A DNA stretch of 64,000 nt, taken from positions 312,638 through 376,637 of the forward strand of contig JBDKLC010000005.1 in the NCBI GenBank assembly GCA_039795775.1, in the 5' to 3' direction. Origin of the DNA: Candidatus Parcubacteria bacterium. Its GTDB lineage: Bacteria; Patescibacteriota; Minisyncoccia; Phycocordibacterales; CAIZLB01. The position numbers and the translations under genes were made by a program. Positions 36,044 through 46,908 of the stretch are shown here, piece by piece; position 1 is the stretch's first letter, and each line of letters opens with the position of its first letter. The notes under the pieces are model-generated. The model was given only the letters and a program-made list of their open reading frames with translations, made no database searches and was not told the DNA's origin.

Positions 36044-37363
36044 CTATCGAGGTAAAAATCCTTGATTGTCACTTCTCTTCTTTTTGTGGAAGGTAATAGC
36101 AAACCGGTGAGCCTCAGCATTGAGCCGAATAATATCGTCTTGGAGTTGTTCTGACATCTGATTCAATGTATTCAAAGCTTCTTTATTGAGAATTTCTCGT
36201 GCTTTGTGGCGGTCATCTTTTACAACAGAAATAATAGTCGGCCATGTGATGTCCACATCTCCGAGTTCTTCTTGTCGCTTCTTTACTTGATCGAGCACCT
36301 TCTGTACAGCGTTTATTTGCCCCTTTCCTCCGTCAATGAGCATGACGTCTGGCATTGGCCATTCAGGATGATTGAATCGTCGCTTGAGCACTTCTTGGAG
36401 TGCAGCAGTATCGTTTGAACGATCTACAGAACGAATAATAAATTTTCGATACATGTTTTTGTCGAATTCACCATTGGCCATAGCGACCATGACACCCACC
36501 ATGTTTTTTCCTGACATATGTGCAATGTCGTACGCTTCCATTCGAAATGGTTTCGCGGGTTGATGAGTTTGAGTGTCGGCATCATTCTTTTGATACGCAG
36601 TAATAGACTTCTCTTTTTTGATCATTGAAATATCCTGAATATGCGTAAGAGCCTGAAGTGTTCGTTTCACTTCGTGTGCTTTCTCGAATTCCATTGTCTT
36701 TGCGTATGCTGTCATCTGTTTTTTGAGCAAACCTACGACTCGGCTCTTTTTTCCCTCAAAGAAGAGTTTGATATGTTCGATCTGTGTTTTGTATTCTTTC
36801 TGATTCATTTCGCCTGTACATACACCTGGACAAAGGCCTATAGACCGATTGAAACACGGCTTCCCTTGAAGTGGTGTACATGTATTGTCTCGATATGGAA
36901 AAATCCGACGAATGAGTTTCATCGCTTCTTTGAGTTCGTTGCCGAGTGGGTATGGTCCGAATATATATTTGTATGAAAAATCTACCGCCTCTTGTTCGAG
37001 GTTTCGGCCACGCACTACAAGCACACGAGGAAAGGCTTCGTCGGTCATCACAACGTAGTTGAAACTCTTATTATCTTTTTCTTTTGTGTTGTATCGGGGG
37101 AGATGCTTTTTAATAAGCTCTGATTCGAGGATAAAGGCCTCGAGTACAGAGTCAGTTTGTTCAAAGGTAATCTCATCAGCGAGTGTGACCATGTCTACAA
37201 GGAGTCGTCCACGGGTTTTTATGAGGTCATTTGAGAAGTAACTTCGAACACGATCTCGGAGGCTGGTTGCCTTACCGATGTACAAAATATCCTTATTCTT
37301 CCTGAAGAAATAGACTCCAGGAGCGTCAGGTAACTTCTTCTTTTGTATGTATTGACTATCCAT
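36044..37363 (-). CDS. uvrC: Excinuclease ABC subunit C
   Basis: GIY-YIG N-terminal domain (PGVYFFRKNKDILYIGKATSLRDRVRSY) and UvrC length. Confidence 0.9.
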   Translation of the reverse strand: MDSQYIQKKKLPDAPGVYFFRKNKDILYIGKATSLRDRVRSYFSNDLIKTRGRLLVDMVTLADEITFEQTDSVLEAFILESELIKKHLPRYNTKEKDNKSFNYVVMTDEAFPRVLVVRGRNLEQEAVDFSYKYIFGPYPLGNELKEAMKLIRRIFPYRDNTCTPLQGKPCFNRSIGLCPGVCTGEMNQKEYKTQIEHIKLFFEGKKSRVVGLLKKQMTAYAKTMEFEKAHEVKRTLQALTHIQDISMIKKEKSITAYQKNDADTQTHQPAKPFRMEAYDIAHMSGKNMVGVMVAMANGEFDKNMYRKFIIRSVDRSNDTAALQEVLKRRFNHPEWPMPDVMLIDGGKGQINAVQKVLDQVKKRQEELGDVDITWPTIISVVKDDRHKAREILNKEALNTLNQMSEQLQDDIIRLNAEAHRFAITFHKKKRSDNQGFLPR

Positions 37364-37393
37364 ATCAAGTATTATATAATATATTTCGGAAAC

Positions 37394-37846
37394 ATGAAAG
37401 ATAAACATTCTCTCGCCGCCGTGCTGGCAACCTCAGGGTCGTCAGCTTCACCATTCACATCAATCCCAACCATTACAAGTGTGAGTCTCTCGTCGCACAT
37501 ACCATGGCTAAGTGAACTGCATGCAGTTCTCAATCCACCCGACACTTCTCGCAAGGAAGCATACGTCCTCGGACTTGCAATTGAAGTCCTCAAAGAACGC
37601 ATCGCGGTTCTCAATCGATATGCAAACCGCACAACTGTCGCAACCATCAGTGCCTTCGAAATCGCTCAACTGGAACAAATCTTTTGTATTCCAGTTGAAC
37701 ATGACAGGGCTCCCGCAAGGATCAATACCATCAACGAGCATGCTCGTGCAATGGTGGTCTGTCTCCAAGAGGCAGTCGATCGGCTCACACAGAAGGCCGA
37801 ACGATTAATCCCAGCAGAACCATTCCCAACTGGTTCATCAAACTAG
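37394..37846 (+). CDS. Hypothetical protein, GC-richer gene between convergent uvrC and uvrA
   Basis: A 150-aa ORF with elevated GC and its own strong terminator downstream. Confidence 0.5.
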   Translation: MKDKHSLAAVLATSGSSASPFTSIPTITSVSLSSHIPWLSELHAVLNPPDTSRKEAYVLGLAIEVLKERIAVLNRYANRTTVATISAFEIAQLEQIFCIPVEHDRAPARINTINEHARAMVVCLQEAVDRLTQKAERLIPAEPFPTGSSN

Positions 37847-37870
37847 CTCGAGCTTTAGCTCCGGCAAACA

Positions 37871-37920
37871 CAGTCCCCCGTCCGATCACTCGGACAGGGG
37901 CTGTTTCTTTTATTTTATTT
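37871..37920 (+). terminator. Intrinsic terminator (GC hairpin + TTTCTTTTATTTTATTTTT)
   Basis: CAGTCCCCCGTCCGA-TCAC-TCGGACAGGGGCTG followed by a long T-rich tract. It also abuts the uvrA stop. Confidence 0.75.
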
Positions 37921-40566
37921 TTATCTTTTCTTAAGGACCTTTCTGAGATACTGACCTGTGTAGCTTTTTGCATTGTTCGCAATCTCTTCTGGCGTACCTT
38001 TTGCAATAAGCTGCCCGCCATGAGTTCCACCTTCTGGACCAATATCGAGGATATAGTCTGCAGACTTGATAACATCCATACTGTGTTCAATCACGAGTAC
38101 TGTATTTCCCTTTAACACGAGTCGTTGGAGAATCTCAATGAGTTTCTTCACGTCTTCGTAATGAAGACCGATTGTTGGTTCATCGAGAATATAGATAGTT
38201 TTCTGGAGATGAGATCGGTAGAGCTCAGCTGAGATTTTTACTCGCTGTGCTTCTCCACCTGAAAGTGTTGTGGCTGACTGACCGAGTTCGAGATATCCAA
38301 GACCTACTTCATTCAATGTATAGAGACGATCGTAAATAGCTGGAACATCTTCAAAGAATGTAAGGGCTTCTTCAACTGTCATTCGAAGTACTTCATAAAT
38401 ATTCTTTTTCTTGTACTTCACTTCAAGTGTTTCTTTCATGAATCGCTTGCCGTTGCAGACATCACATGTCACGTACACGGTTGGAAGGAAGTGCATTTCT
38501 ACTTCGATCATTCCATTCCCCTGACATGTTTCGCATCGTCCACCTTTTACGTTGAAAGAGAATCGGTTTGCTTTCCATCCTCGCGCTCGAGCTTCTGATG
38601 ATTCAGCGAACATATCTCGGATATGTGTAAATGCCCCTGTGTATGTAGCTGGGTTTGATCGTGGTGTTCGTCCGATTGGTGATTGGTCGATGAGGATTGA
38701 GCGGCCGAGGTATTCTGAACCGGAGAAGCTTGTACAGTTATAAATGTTTGAACTTCGGTGGTCTTTGTCGAGACGAGCTTGGAGGTTTTTGTGGAGAATT
38801 TCATATACGAATGAAGATTTTCCTGAACCTGACACACCAGTCACGCAGACAAGTCGTCCAAGTGGTACTTCAACATTCATATTTACAATGTTGTTTACTT
38901 TTCCTCCTGTAACTTTGAGTGAACCTTTGTTGTCATCTCGTCTCTTTTCTGGAATAGGAATAACTTTGTCGCCTCGAAGATAATCGAGTGTTACTGAACC
39001 ACTCTTGTTTGTCTTGGCAGTAAGGAGTTCATCGAGATAACCAGAAGCTACTACATGTCCGCCGTGTACTCCAGCACCTGGACCAATGTCGATAAGATAG
39101 TCAGCTGCGTAGATAGTATCTTCGTCGTGTTCTACCACTACTACAGTGTTACCAAGGTCTCGAAGCTGTACGAGTGTTTCGATAAGGCGATCATTGTCTC
39201 GTTGGTGAAGACCAATTGTTGGTTCGTCGAGTACGTACATTGCACCCACAAGTCCAGAACCAAGCTGTGAAGCGAGTCGGATTCGCTGCGCTTCTCCACC
39301 AGAGAGTGTGTTGGCTTTTCGGTTAAGTGAAAGATAATCGAGACCTACGTTGTCCATGAAGACGATTCGAGCTGTGATTTCCTTGATGATAACTTTAGAA
39401 ATTTCTTTCTCTTTTTCTGTGAGAGTGAGATTATTGAAGAAGTCCAATGACTCTTTGATAGTCATGTCTGTAATTTGCACGATGTTCACTTTCTTTTTGT
39501 CATTTAATAAAAATACATTGAGTGCTTCTGGTCGAAGTCGATCTCCTTTACACACAGGACATGGATCGTTGATGAAGAAATGTCGTGTACCGAGACCGTT
39601 ACATTCAGGACATGCACCGTATGGTGAGTTGAACGAGAATAGTCGTGGCTCTACCTCTGGGAATGAGAAACCGTCGTATGGACACATGAACTTAGAAGAA
39701 ATGAGTTTGTCTGCGTCTGCAGTAACAATTCGGATGAGACCTTCTGTTTCTTGAAGAGCACGTTCAACGGCTTCGTTGAGTCGCTCCTTGAAGTCGGGAG
39801 TATTTTCTTTTATTTCTGAAATATAAAACTGATCGACAAGAACATCGATGTCGTGTTTCTTTGTCTTTGAGAGAATGATTTGTTCTCGAAGCTTTTTAAC
39901 TTCGCCGTCTACTCGCACTTCTTCGTATCCTTTACTCAAGAGATCGTAGAGAAGCTGGTAGTATTCTCCTTTTCGCCCAACAACGAGAGGCGCGTACACT
40001 TTGAACATTTCTCCGCTCACTTCTACACCCATGACTTTCTTTGCACTCTTCGCTTTTGTTTTCTCAGAATCAATTGCTTGTACTGTATTGAAAATAGTTT
40101 CCAAAATTTCTTCCTTTGAAAGTTTTTTGATTTCACGTCCGCATTCGAGACAATGTGGCTTTCCTACTCGTGCATAGAGAATTCGAAGGTAGTCGTAAAT
40201 TTCGGTGATAGTAGCAACTGTAGATCGTGGATTGTTTGATCGAGACTTTTGGTCAATAGAAATAGCTGGCGAAAGTCCTGAGATTTCATCAACATCTGGC
40301 TTTTGCATTTGTCGGAGGAATTGTCGCGCGTATGCAGAAAGAGATTCGACATATCGTCGTTGGCCTTCAGCAAAAATAGTATCGAACGCTAGAGATGATT
40401 TACCAGATCCTGAGAGACCAGTAATAACCACGAGTTTATTTCGTGGCATTTCAACGTTGATGTTTTTGAGATTGTGGGTTCGAGCACCCTTCACCACAAT
40501 CATTTCATCGCTGCCGGATTCTTTAGCCGACTCCTTTCCAGATTCTTTTTTGTTTGTTTTACTCAT
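37921..40566 (-). CDS. uvrA: Excinuclease ABC subunit A
   Basis: Two ABC ATPase modules with zinc-finger insertions (CxxC pairs) and a [10 protein letters not shown] Walker A. Confidence 0.95.
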   Translation of the reverse strand: MSKTNKKESGKESAKESGSDEMIVVKGARTHNLKNINVEMPRNKLVVITGLSGSGKSSLAFDTIFAEGQRRYVESLSAYARQFLRQMQKPDVDEISGLSPAISIDQKSRSNNPRSTVATITEIYDYLRILYARVGKPHCLECGREIKKLSKEEILETIFNTVQAIDSEKTKAKSAKKVMGVEVSGEMFKVYAPLVVGRKGEYYQLLYDLLSKGYEEVRVDGEVKKLREQIILSKTKKHDIDVLVDQFYISEIKENTPDFKERLNEAVERALQETEGLIRIVTADADKLISSKFMCPYDGFSFPEVEPRLFSFNSPYGACPECNGLGTRHFFINDPCPVCKGDRLRPEALNVFLLNDKKKVNIVQITDMTIKESLDFFNNLTLTEKEKEISKVIIKEITARIVFMDNVGLDYLSLNRKANTLSGGEAQRIRLASQLGSGLVGAMYVLDEPTIGLHQRDNDRLIETLVQLRDLGNTVVVVEHDEDTIYAADYLIDIGPGAGVHGGHVVASGYLDELLTAKTNKSGSVTLDYLRGDKVIPIPEKRRDDNKGSLKVTGGKVNNIVNMNVEVPLGRLVCVTGVSGSGKSSFVYEILHKNLQARLDKDHRSSNIYNCTSFSGSEYLGRSILIDQSPIGRTPRSNPATYTGAFTHIRDMFAESSEARARGWKANRFSFNVKGGRCETCQGNGMIEVEMHFLPTVYVTCDVCNGKRFMKETLEVKYKKKNIYEVLRMTVEEALTFFEDVPAIYDRLYTLNEVGLGYLELGQSATTLSGGEAQRVKISAELYRSHLQKTIYILDEPTIGLHYEDVKKLIEILQRLVLKGNTVLVIEHSMDVIKSADYILDIGPEGGTHGGQLIAKGTPEEIANNAKSYTGQYLRKVLKKR

Positions 40567-40743
40567 AAATATTATTTAAAAATTGTCTCAATTTCTTTCT
40601 ATTCCCTCCACATGTTCGTCCGCTCATTTACCACACTAACACGCAAAATCAGCCCGGTCCTGGCCATAGGGGCTGTATATGTCTATCTATATGACTCAAG
40701 TATAGTCCCAGCGTTACAAAATGCAATAGATGTAAAAGGTTCG

Positions 40744-40770
40744 AGCGCCGGCACAGATTGTGCCGGCGCT
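40744..40770. terminator. 11-bp GC hairpin, putative terminator downstream of 40824..41444
   Basis: AGCGCCGGCAC-AGAT-TGTGCCGGCGCT with only modest T-runs on either side. Confidence 0.45.
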
Positions 40771-40823
40771 CTTTGTTAGGTTGTATGGCTATTGCAGCCA
40801 AATGGTGACCGAAGCATGAATGC

Positions 40824-41444
40824 TTAGGGTATTGGTGTAGTCCGAAACGGAATGTGATTCAGGTAGTGAAGCGCTAGGGCATAATTGTCTGCCCAATCCA
40901 TCATTTGCATTCCGTTGACTGGAATTACTTTGATTGGAAATTGCGAGGACAATCCACTCAGCGCTTGAAGTGCAGGCACCGTGTCTCGAACGTAATCTTC
41001 GAGTCTTCTGTCGATGTCTTCATCATCCTTACGTCCCCGGTCGATAGCACGTTGACGACACTCTTCGATAGGTGTATCCACCCATACTAGTGTGATGTTA
41101 TCCAGGCCCAACTCAGACATGAGCGAGATAGCGAGCGGAACCTGATCCCCTAGACGAACGAATCCGTCGAGTAGAATGTTTGACGCCGCCTCTCGAACTT
41201 TTCTGAGCTCTGCTCTGAGCGGATCAATGAGCATTTCCGTAGGTGCAAGCGTGTGCTTTGTCCTTTGCTTATACTCCTTCATCCTGATGCCGATAGGTGT
41301 GTTACCTTCTTCTTCCTTCCGGCAAACATCTCCGCAGCCTATCATGGCTACTTCGAGCTTCGTGTGAATCGCTTTGACAAGAGTTCCTTTTCCTCCATTC
41401 GGTGGCCCAGCAACTAGTATCAAACCGCTTTCTATTTTCTCCAT
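40824..41444 (-). CDS. Adenylate kinase-like P-loop nucleoside monophosphate kinase (divergent)
   Basis: GPPNGGKGT Walker A and an LLDGF motif, both as in Adk. Start set at MEKIESG. Confidence 0.55.
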   Translation of the reverse strand: MEKIESGLILVAGPPNGGKGTLVKAIHTKLEVAMIGCGDVCRKEEEGNTPIGIRMKEYKQRTKHTLAPTEMLIDPLRAELRKVREAASNILLDGFVRLGDQVPLAISLMSELGLDNITLVWVDTPIEECRQRAIDRGRKDDEDIDRRLEDYVRDTVPALQALSGLSSQFPIKVIPVNGMQMMDWADNYALALHYLNHIPFRTTPIP

Positions 41445-41660
41445 TTTAATCCTCCAAGGTTGAATGTTCAAATCTAGCCCCTCTTTCCAGGGTTTAGGAA
41501 AGTAGCCAGACCAAAATCCTACCACACGATTTTACTTTCATCAAGGTCGTTGAGACACTTATAATTAATGAATTCTGATATATAAATTTAATATATACAG
41601 CTTCGTATATATTCGTATATAAAGATAAAGAAGATAAAATATGTATAAAAACATCTCCTA

Positions 41661-41691
41661 GTAAAAAGTAGGAATAATTCCTACTTTTTAC
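41661..41691. terminator. Palindromic bidirectional terminator, copy 2 of 5
   Basis: GTAAAAAGTAGGAATAATTCCTACTTTTTAC. Confidence 0.7.
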
Positions 41692-42080
41692 TTTGATAGA
41701 AATTATATATATCAGATATATACGACACCTCTTCAAATTGCTAAAAAAGACTGACACTCTATATTCACACTCTCCCCCTTGAAATCATAAAAAAACAGCG
41801 TATAGTATATTTCCAGAGGGAACGCTGCCAACGTTCAAAGGCATTCTTTAGTCGTTTCGCAAGAAATGGCAACCCAAAGAGTGTATGAGGTCACGGCATA
41901 ACCCAAGTAGAAACCAAGCACGAATGCAAACGCATCCAAGCACAGCAGATAGCGAAAACATGGTCCATCCACAAGGAGGCCAATATACGCTATCCTACAA
42001 GGCGGGTAACTATATCCGCCACCTCGGTCCCGGCCGTTTTCCGCGCATCCTGCTCGGCGACTAACCTCGCCATCATCGGT

Positions 42081-42128
42081 TTACCCCGATACAAATCAGG
42101 CCAGACTCCACCACGGAGCCTGGCCTGA
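42081..42128 (-). terminator. Intrinsic terminator of uvrB
   Basis: 9-bp stem TCAGGCCAG/CTGGCCTGA followed on the minus strand by TTTGTAT. Confidence 0.6.
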
Positions 42129-42143
42129 ATCATTTCTACTTTA

Positions 42144-44216
42144 CTATTTTCCTTTACGACCGCCTTTTCCCTTCTTTCCTTTCAAACCATCTCGCTCCAC
42201 TCGTTCAGCGAGTTCTTTTATTTCATCTCGCAAGATAGCTGCTGTTTCGAAATCGAGAATCTTTACCGCGTCTTCCATCTGCTTTTCTTTCTGTTTAATA
42301 AATCCGTGAGGGTCGTTGTTGAATGCTGATGCATCGAGTACGAGAAGATTGGCAACTGTCTTTTGATGTTCTGACTGAATACCATCTGTAATATCCTGAA
42401 TCTTTTTGGCAATTGTCTTTGGAGTGATGCCGTGCTCTTTGTTGTATGCGAGCTGTACGTTTCGTCGTCGAGTTGTTTCGGCGATTGCTCGTTCCATTGA
42501 GCCAGTCATGTTGTCTGCGTAGAGCACTACTCGTCCTTCAACATTTCGAGCCGCTCGTCCAATAGTCTGGATGAGAGCAGTTTCTGATCGCAAAAAGCCT
42601 TCTTTGTCAGCATCGAGAATGCCGATGAGCGACACTTCAGGTAAGTCGAGACCTTCTCGGAGCAAGTTTACACCGACGAGAATATCGAATTCTCCTTTTC
42701 GTAAATCTGTTAGAATCTGAATTCGCTCCAGTGTCTCAATATCACTGTGCAAATATTTAGTTTTTATTTGTCTTTCCTTCAGGAACTCTGTGAGGTCCTC
42801 GGCCATCTTTTTTGTAAGTGTTGTAGCGATAGCGCGAAAACCCTTTTTGATCACAGCTTCAGCTTCTTCGATAAAATCAAAAATCTGGCCTTTATATGCA
42901 GTATCTCCTGTACCTTTTGAAATAATTGGCTTGATGACAAGCTCAGGATCAACGAGACCTGTTGGTCGAATGATCTGCTCTACTACTTGCTCACTGTGTT
43001 CTTTTTCGTATTTTGCTGGAGTTGCGGATGTATAAATAGCCTGACCAATTCGTTTTTCGAATTCATCAAATTTGAGCGGTCGGTTATCCATAGCACTTGG
43101 CAATCGGAATCCGAAATCAACGAGATTCTTTTTTCGTGATTGATCGCCGGCAAACATACCGCCAATCTGCGGAATACTTACGTGTGATTCGTCGATAATT
43201 GTGAGGAAATCTGGAGTGCCGTCTGCTTTGTGAGGAAAATATGAAAGCAATGTATCAGGAGCTTCGCCTGGAGCTTTACCAGAAAAATGTCGAGAGTAGT
43301 TTTCGATACCGTTGCAGTAGCCCACTTCTCGAATCAATGCGAGGTCGTATGTAGTACGTCGCTTGAGTCGTTCTGCTTCTATTTCTTTTCCTGCTGCTTT
43401 GAGTTCGAGGAGTCGTGCATCGAGTTCGTTTTTGATATCAATAATAGCTCGTTCTCGCTCGTTCTCTGGTGTCACGAAGTGTTTTGCTGGGAATAGGAAG
43501 AATGCATCTACTTCTTTGATGATCACACGAGTTACGGCATCTATTTCGATGAGTTCGCCAATAGTAGATCCTTCGAATACAACTTTATAAACGATTCGTT
43601 CGTTTACTGGCATTACTTCAATAGTATTTCCGAGAGCTCGGAATGTTCCAGGAGTGAGGTCAGCTGTTGTACGAGTGAAATACATAGCAATGAGTCGTCG
43701 AATCATTTCACCTCTATCTGCAGACATGCCTTTTGTCACTTTCATGTTTACTTTTTCGTACTCAATAGGTGAACCCAAACCGTAAATACAAGACACCGAC
43801 GCAACGATAATCACATCTTTTCGTGTGAGCAATGCTTGTGTTGAGGCATGTCGAAGTCGCTCGATTTCTTCGTTGATCTGAGCTTCTTTTTCAATATATG
43901 TATCTGAATGTGAAATGTATGCTTCAGGCTGATAGTAGTCGTAATACGATACGAAATAGTGCACCGCATTATCAGGAAAAAATTCTCGGTACTCTTGAGC
44001 GAGCTGTGCAGCAAGCGTTTTGTTGTGCGCAATCACGAGCGTTGGCTTGCCTATCTGGGCAATAACGTTGGCCGCAGTAAAGGTTTTACCGGTACCTGTG
44101 GCACCAAGTAGTGTCTGATGGCGCATGCCCTTTTTAAGGCCTTCTAGGAGCTTTTTGATGGCTGTAGGCTGGTCTCCAGCGGGCTTGAAATCGTTTTTAA
44201 AGTTGAAGAGTGACAT
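42144..44216 (-). CDS. uvrB: Excinuclease ABC subunit B
   Basis: SF2 helicase motifs (GATGTGKT), a beta-hairpin region and a C-terminal UvrB/UvrC interaction domain. Confidence 0.95.
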   Translation of the reverse strand: MSLFNFKNDFKPAGDQPTAIKKLLEGLKKGMRHQTLLGATGTGKTFTAANVIAQIGKPTLVIAHNKTLAAQLAQEYREFFPDNAVHYFVSYYDYYQPEAYISHSDTYIEKEAQINEEIERLRHASTQALLTRKDVIIVASVSCIYGLGSPIEYEKVNMKVTKGMSADRGEMIRRLIAMYFTRTTADLTPGTFRALGNTIEVMPVNERIVYKVVFEGSTIGELIEIDAVTRVIIKEVDAFFLFPAKHFVTPENERERAIIDIKNELDARLLELKAAGKEIEAERLKRRTTYDLALIREVGYCNGIENYSRHFSGKAPGEAPDTLLSYFPHKADGTPDFLTIIDESHVSIPQIGGMFAGDQSRKKNLVDFGFRLPSAMDNRPLKFDEFEKRIGQAIYTSATPAKYEKEHSEQVVEQIIRPTGLVDPELVIKPIISKGTGDTAYKGQIFDFIEEAEAVIKKGFRAIATTLTKKMAEDLTEFLKERQIKTKYLHSDIETLERIQILTDLRKGEFDILVGVNLLREGLDLPEVSLIGILDADKEGFLRSETALIQTIGRAARNVEGRVVLYADNMTGSMERAIAETTRRRNVQLAYNKEHGITPKTIAKKIQDITDGIQSEHQKTVANLLVLDASAFNNDPHGFIKQKEKQMEDAVKILDFETAAILRDEIKELAERVERDGLKGKKGKGGRKGK

Positions 44217-44381
44217 ATATGTGTATGTATGAGTATGAGCGCAAAAATGCGTGATTACCTAGACTATATCATAGAGGGTCATACGCACGAAAGATGTGTT
44301 TAATTTGCTGCGCAAATAACGTTTGAATACGTGCTGAAAACTGTTAAAAAAAGATCAACTATAGTGCAAAAGGTACAAAAT

Positions 44382-44408
44382 AAAAAGTAGGAATAATTCC
44401 TACTTTTT
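44382..44408. terminator. Palindromic bidirectional terminator, copy 3 of 5
   Basis: AAAAAGTAGGAATAATTCCTACTTTTT downstream of tgt. Degenerate half-copies follow at 44440..44475. Confidence 0.7.
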
Positions 44409-44513
44409 ACTTATATAGTTTTCTATATATATTTATATGAATTAATATAAATGTATCCCTACTTTTATTCCTACTTTTGTCTCTACTTTATATCTGCCTT
44501 TATATTTACATTC

Positions 44514-45845
44514 TTATTCGCGATCTTTCTTGTACAACTGCAAAAATGCAGTTTTGAATTCATCAAACTTTCCTGGACCTTCTACAAGCGCAGCTCGCAT
44601 GTTTTTTACGAGGTTGATAGTGAAATATAAGTTGTGAATTGTGGCCAATGTACCACCAAGCATTTCTTTTGCACGGAAAAGATGTGCGAGATACGCACGT
44701 GTGTAATGGGTACATGTATAACAACCGCATCCTTCCTCTGGCGCAGTGAAGTCATCGCCATATTTTGCATTGGTCATGTTGAGCTTACCGATTTTTGTGA
44801 GAAGCGTTCCGTTGCGAGCATTTCGTGTTGGCATCACACAATCAAAGAGGTCACAGCCGTTTTCTACAGCACCAAACAAATCTTCTGGTTCACCGATACC
44901 GAGTAAGTGTCGCGGTTTATCTTCAGGCAAAATTGAATTCACCCATGACACCGCCGTGATCATGTCTTCTTTTGCAAATGACCCACCAATACCGAAACCG
45001 TCGAATGAGTGAGTTGCGACAACTTCTTTCATTTCTTTTGAGCCGTCGGCTTGCACCACTTCTTGCATAGACTTCACATCGACAGTCATATCAGCGAGAA
45101 TTTGTGCTGATTCTTTGCGCAGTTCTTCGTGACGACCGCCTTGTACGATACCAAAGAGGGCTTGTTTTGAAGCTTGCTCTGCATTGTCTTTATGAAATTG
45201 CAGACTTCGTTTTGCCCAACGATGTGTACGATCGAGCGCTTCGCGTTGATAATTGAACGGCTCGTTGGGTGACGTACATTCATCAAATGCAAAAATCATA
45301 TCTGCACCAATGTTGTGTTGAATTTCGATCGACTTTTCAGGAGTGAAATAATGCACAGAGCCATCGATGATAGATTTGAACATCACACCGTTGGCATCAA
45401 TCTTTGCTGCGTGCATTGCAGGATTTTCTTCACCGTGAAGACTCTTTGCTTGTGGCAACTCAAGAGGGTCAGTTCCCGACTTTGTGAGCTTCGAAATATT
45501 TTTGCCGTAGGCCGCCCCAAGAGAAAACGCTTGGAATCCACCTGAGTCGGTCATTGTTGGTCCATGCCAATTCATGAATTTGTGCAGACCTCCAGCTTTC
45601 TTGATGACATCGTCACCTGGTTGGAGATAGAGATGGTATGTATTGGCAAGACACACCTGCGCACCGAGCGTGGCAAGCATTTCAGGAGTGATGGCTTTGA
45701 TGGTTGCTTTTGTACCCACAGACACAAAGGCCGGTGTAAGAATCGTACCGTGTGGTGTCACAAGTTCCCCTGCCCGCCCGAGCTTTTGCTCTCCGGCCGC
45801 CGTGGTCAGCTTGTGTGTGATAGTAAATTTGAGGGGTGATGACAT
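44514..45845 (-). CDS. tgt: Queuine tRNA-ribosyltransferase
   Basis: TDSGGFQ catalytic motif and a CxCxxC...H zinc site (CGCYTCTHY). Longer than typical Tgt. Confidence 0.9.
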   Translation of the reverse strand: MSSPLKFTITHKLTTAAGEQKLGRAGELVTPHGTILTPAFVSVGTKATIKAITPEMLATLGAQVCLANTYHLYLQPGDDVIKKAGGLHKFMNWHGPTMTDSGGFQAFSLGAAYGKNISKLTKSGTDPLELPQAKSLHGEENPAMHAAKIDANGVMFKSIIDGSVHYFTPEKSIEIQHNIGADMIFAFDECTSPNEPFNYQREALDRTHRWAKRSLQFHKDNAEQASKQALFGIVQGGRHEELRKESAQILADMTVDVKSMQEVVQADGSKEMKEVVATHSFDGFGIGGSFAKEDMITAVSWVNSILPEDKPRHLLGIGEPEDLFGAVENGCDLFDCVMPTRNARNGTLLTKIGKLNMTNAKYGDDFTAPEEGCGCYTCTHYTRAYLAHLFRAKEMLGGTLATIHNLYFTINLVKNMRAALVEGPGKFDEFKTAFLQLYKKDRE

Positions 45846-45976
45846 GAAAGATTTATAACATAATTTAAATAAATATACCTAATGTCGTCCCGTACAAAAG
45901 TTCAGCCAGGTCGTCAACGGACGCCTGGCTGTGTGAACTTTATGTTCCCCCTTTCGGTTGGGTTGTTGAGTTGTAG

Positions 45977-46522
45977 TTATTTGTGCTTTTTTCCATCGTG
46001 CAGACGCTTCTTACCAGTAGCTACCTGCAAACGGAATAGGTCATCGACGGGTAGCCAGACTGTGTTGAAGTCTGCGACTATCTGTGCGAGGTTTTTGATC
46101 ACTCGTGACTTCGGATGAACGAACAGTCTCTCGACGAAGGGCAGAATCAAATTGATGAATCGAGCAATGTGCTGAGTAGTCACACGCTCAATCGGTATAC
46201 CAGCGCAGCGCGCCGCCATACCGACAAGTTGATTGTATGCTTCGTGGGAGCGTTCATCTATCCAGACCAGGTTGTAATGCTCGTTCGAACCGTTTTGACA
46301 TCGGGGTTGCCGATGATGACGGTTGAACTTTGCCTGTTCTCCTGGACTCAGATAGATGGTGATCTTTTCGTTGCGTTTCTTTTTTTCTTTTTTTAGCTGG
46401 GTTTGGGTTACCTCAGCTACGTGCTTTGGCCCTTTTTTTCTAGTTTTTATGGGTTTATCCTCCTTCCGAAATGCAGTATACAAAAAGCCGCGTCCAAATG
46501 GAAGCGGCTGTGGCAAAGGCAC
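45977..46522 (-). CDS. Putative HNH/His-Me finger nuclease-like protein in GC-rich segment
   Basis: RHH...N...NLVWIDERSH pattern resembling an HNH core. No Cys zinc ligands, so the call is weak. Confidence 0.35.
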   Translation of the reverse strand: MPLPQPLPFGRGFLYTAFRKEDKPIKTRKKGPKHVAEVTQTQLKKEKKKRNEKITIYLSPGEQAKFNRHHRQPRCQNGSNEHYNLVWIDERSHEAYNQLVGMAARCAGIPIERVTTQHIARFINLILPFVERLFVHPKSRVIKNLAQIVADFNTVWLPVDDLFRLQVATGKKRLHDGKKHK

Positions 46523-46908
46523 CGAAGTGCCAAATGTGTCTCTGAGCGAAAGCTTGTGGCTATCGCATTACAGAGTTGTACGGAGCTGGCTGTGGAATAT
46601 ATGTATATCCCGAAGTGTTTGTACCGAGTGCTGTCGGTACTGATCCTTGCAAGTTATGAACGTCGCGTTCGATCTGCGTTGCGATGTCCATCGGCATGCT
46701 CAGAGCTCCAAAGAACTGTTTGAGGGCAATTCCAAGCGCAAGTGATGCACTCAGAAAAAAAATCCCGGCAGCGACGCCGAGTACGAACAACATGGTATTT
46801 CCTTTTACCATAATGTTAATGATTAAAGGGGGCTTTCGAAAAGCCGACATGCTGTTCGTATTGGCGTGTGCCAATCTTCCCCCTCTTTCGAGGCAATCGT
46901 GAGGTCGC

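Noticed and set aside
40567-40823. Hairpin CAGCCCGGTCCTGGCCATAGGGGCTG and the 11-bp GC hairpin as a possible riboswitch upstream of uvrA.
   Set aside because: They are too short and lack any conserved riboswitch core that I can recognise. They are more simply a terminator for the downstream minus gene plus a uvrA promoter region.
41758-42143. RNase P RNA, because of a GGAAAACGGCCGGGACC segment loosely similar to the P4 GGAAAGUCCGGGCUCC.
   Set aside because: The second P4 strand (ACAGAANCCGGCUUA) and the GGUAAGAGCGCACC-type motifs are absent on either strand. The same check on 34055..34512 and 35551..36043 was also negative.
44410-44513. Possible CRISPR-like array from the repeated CTACTTTT/TCCTACTTTT words.
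   Set aside because: The repeats are short and irregularly spaced, and they are degenerate half-sites of the adjacent palindromic terminator. There are no regular spacers and no cas genes.
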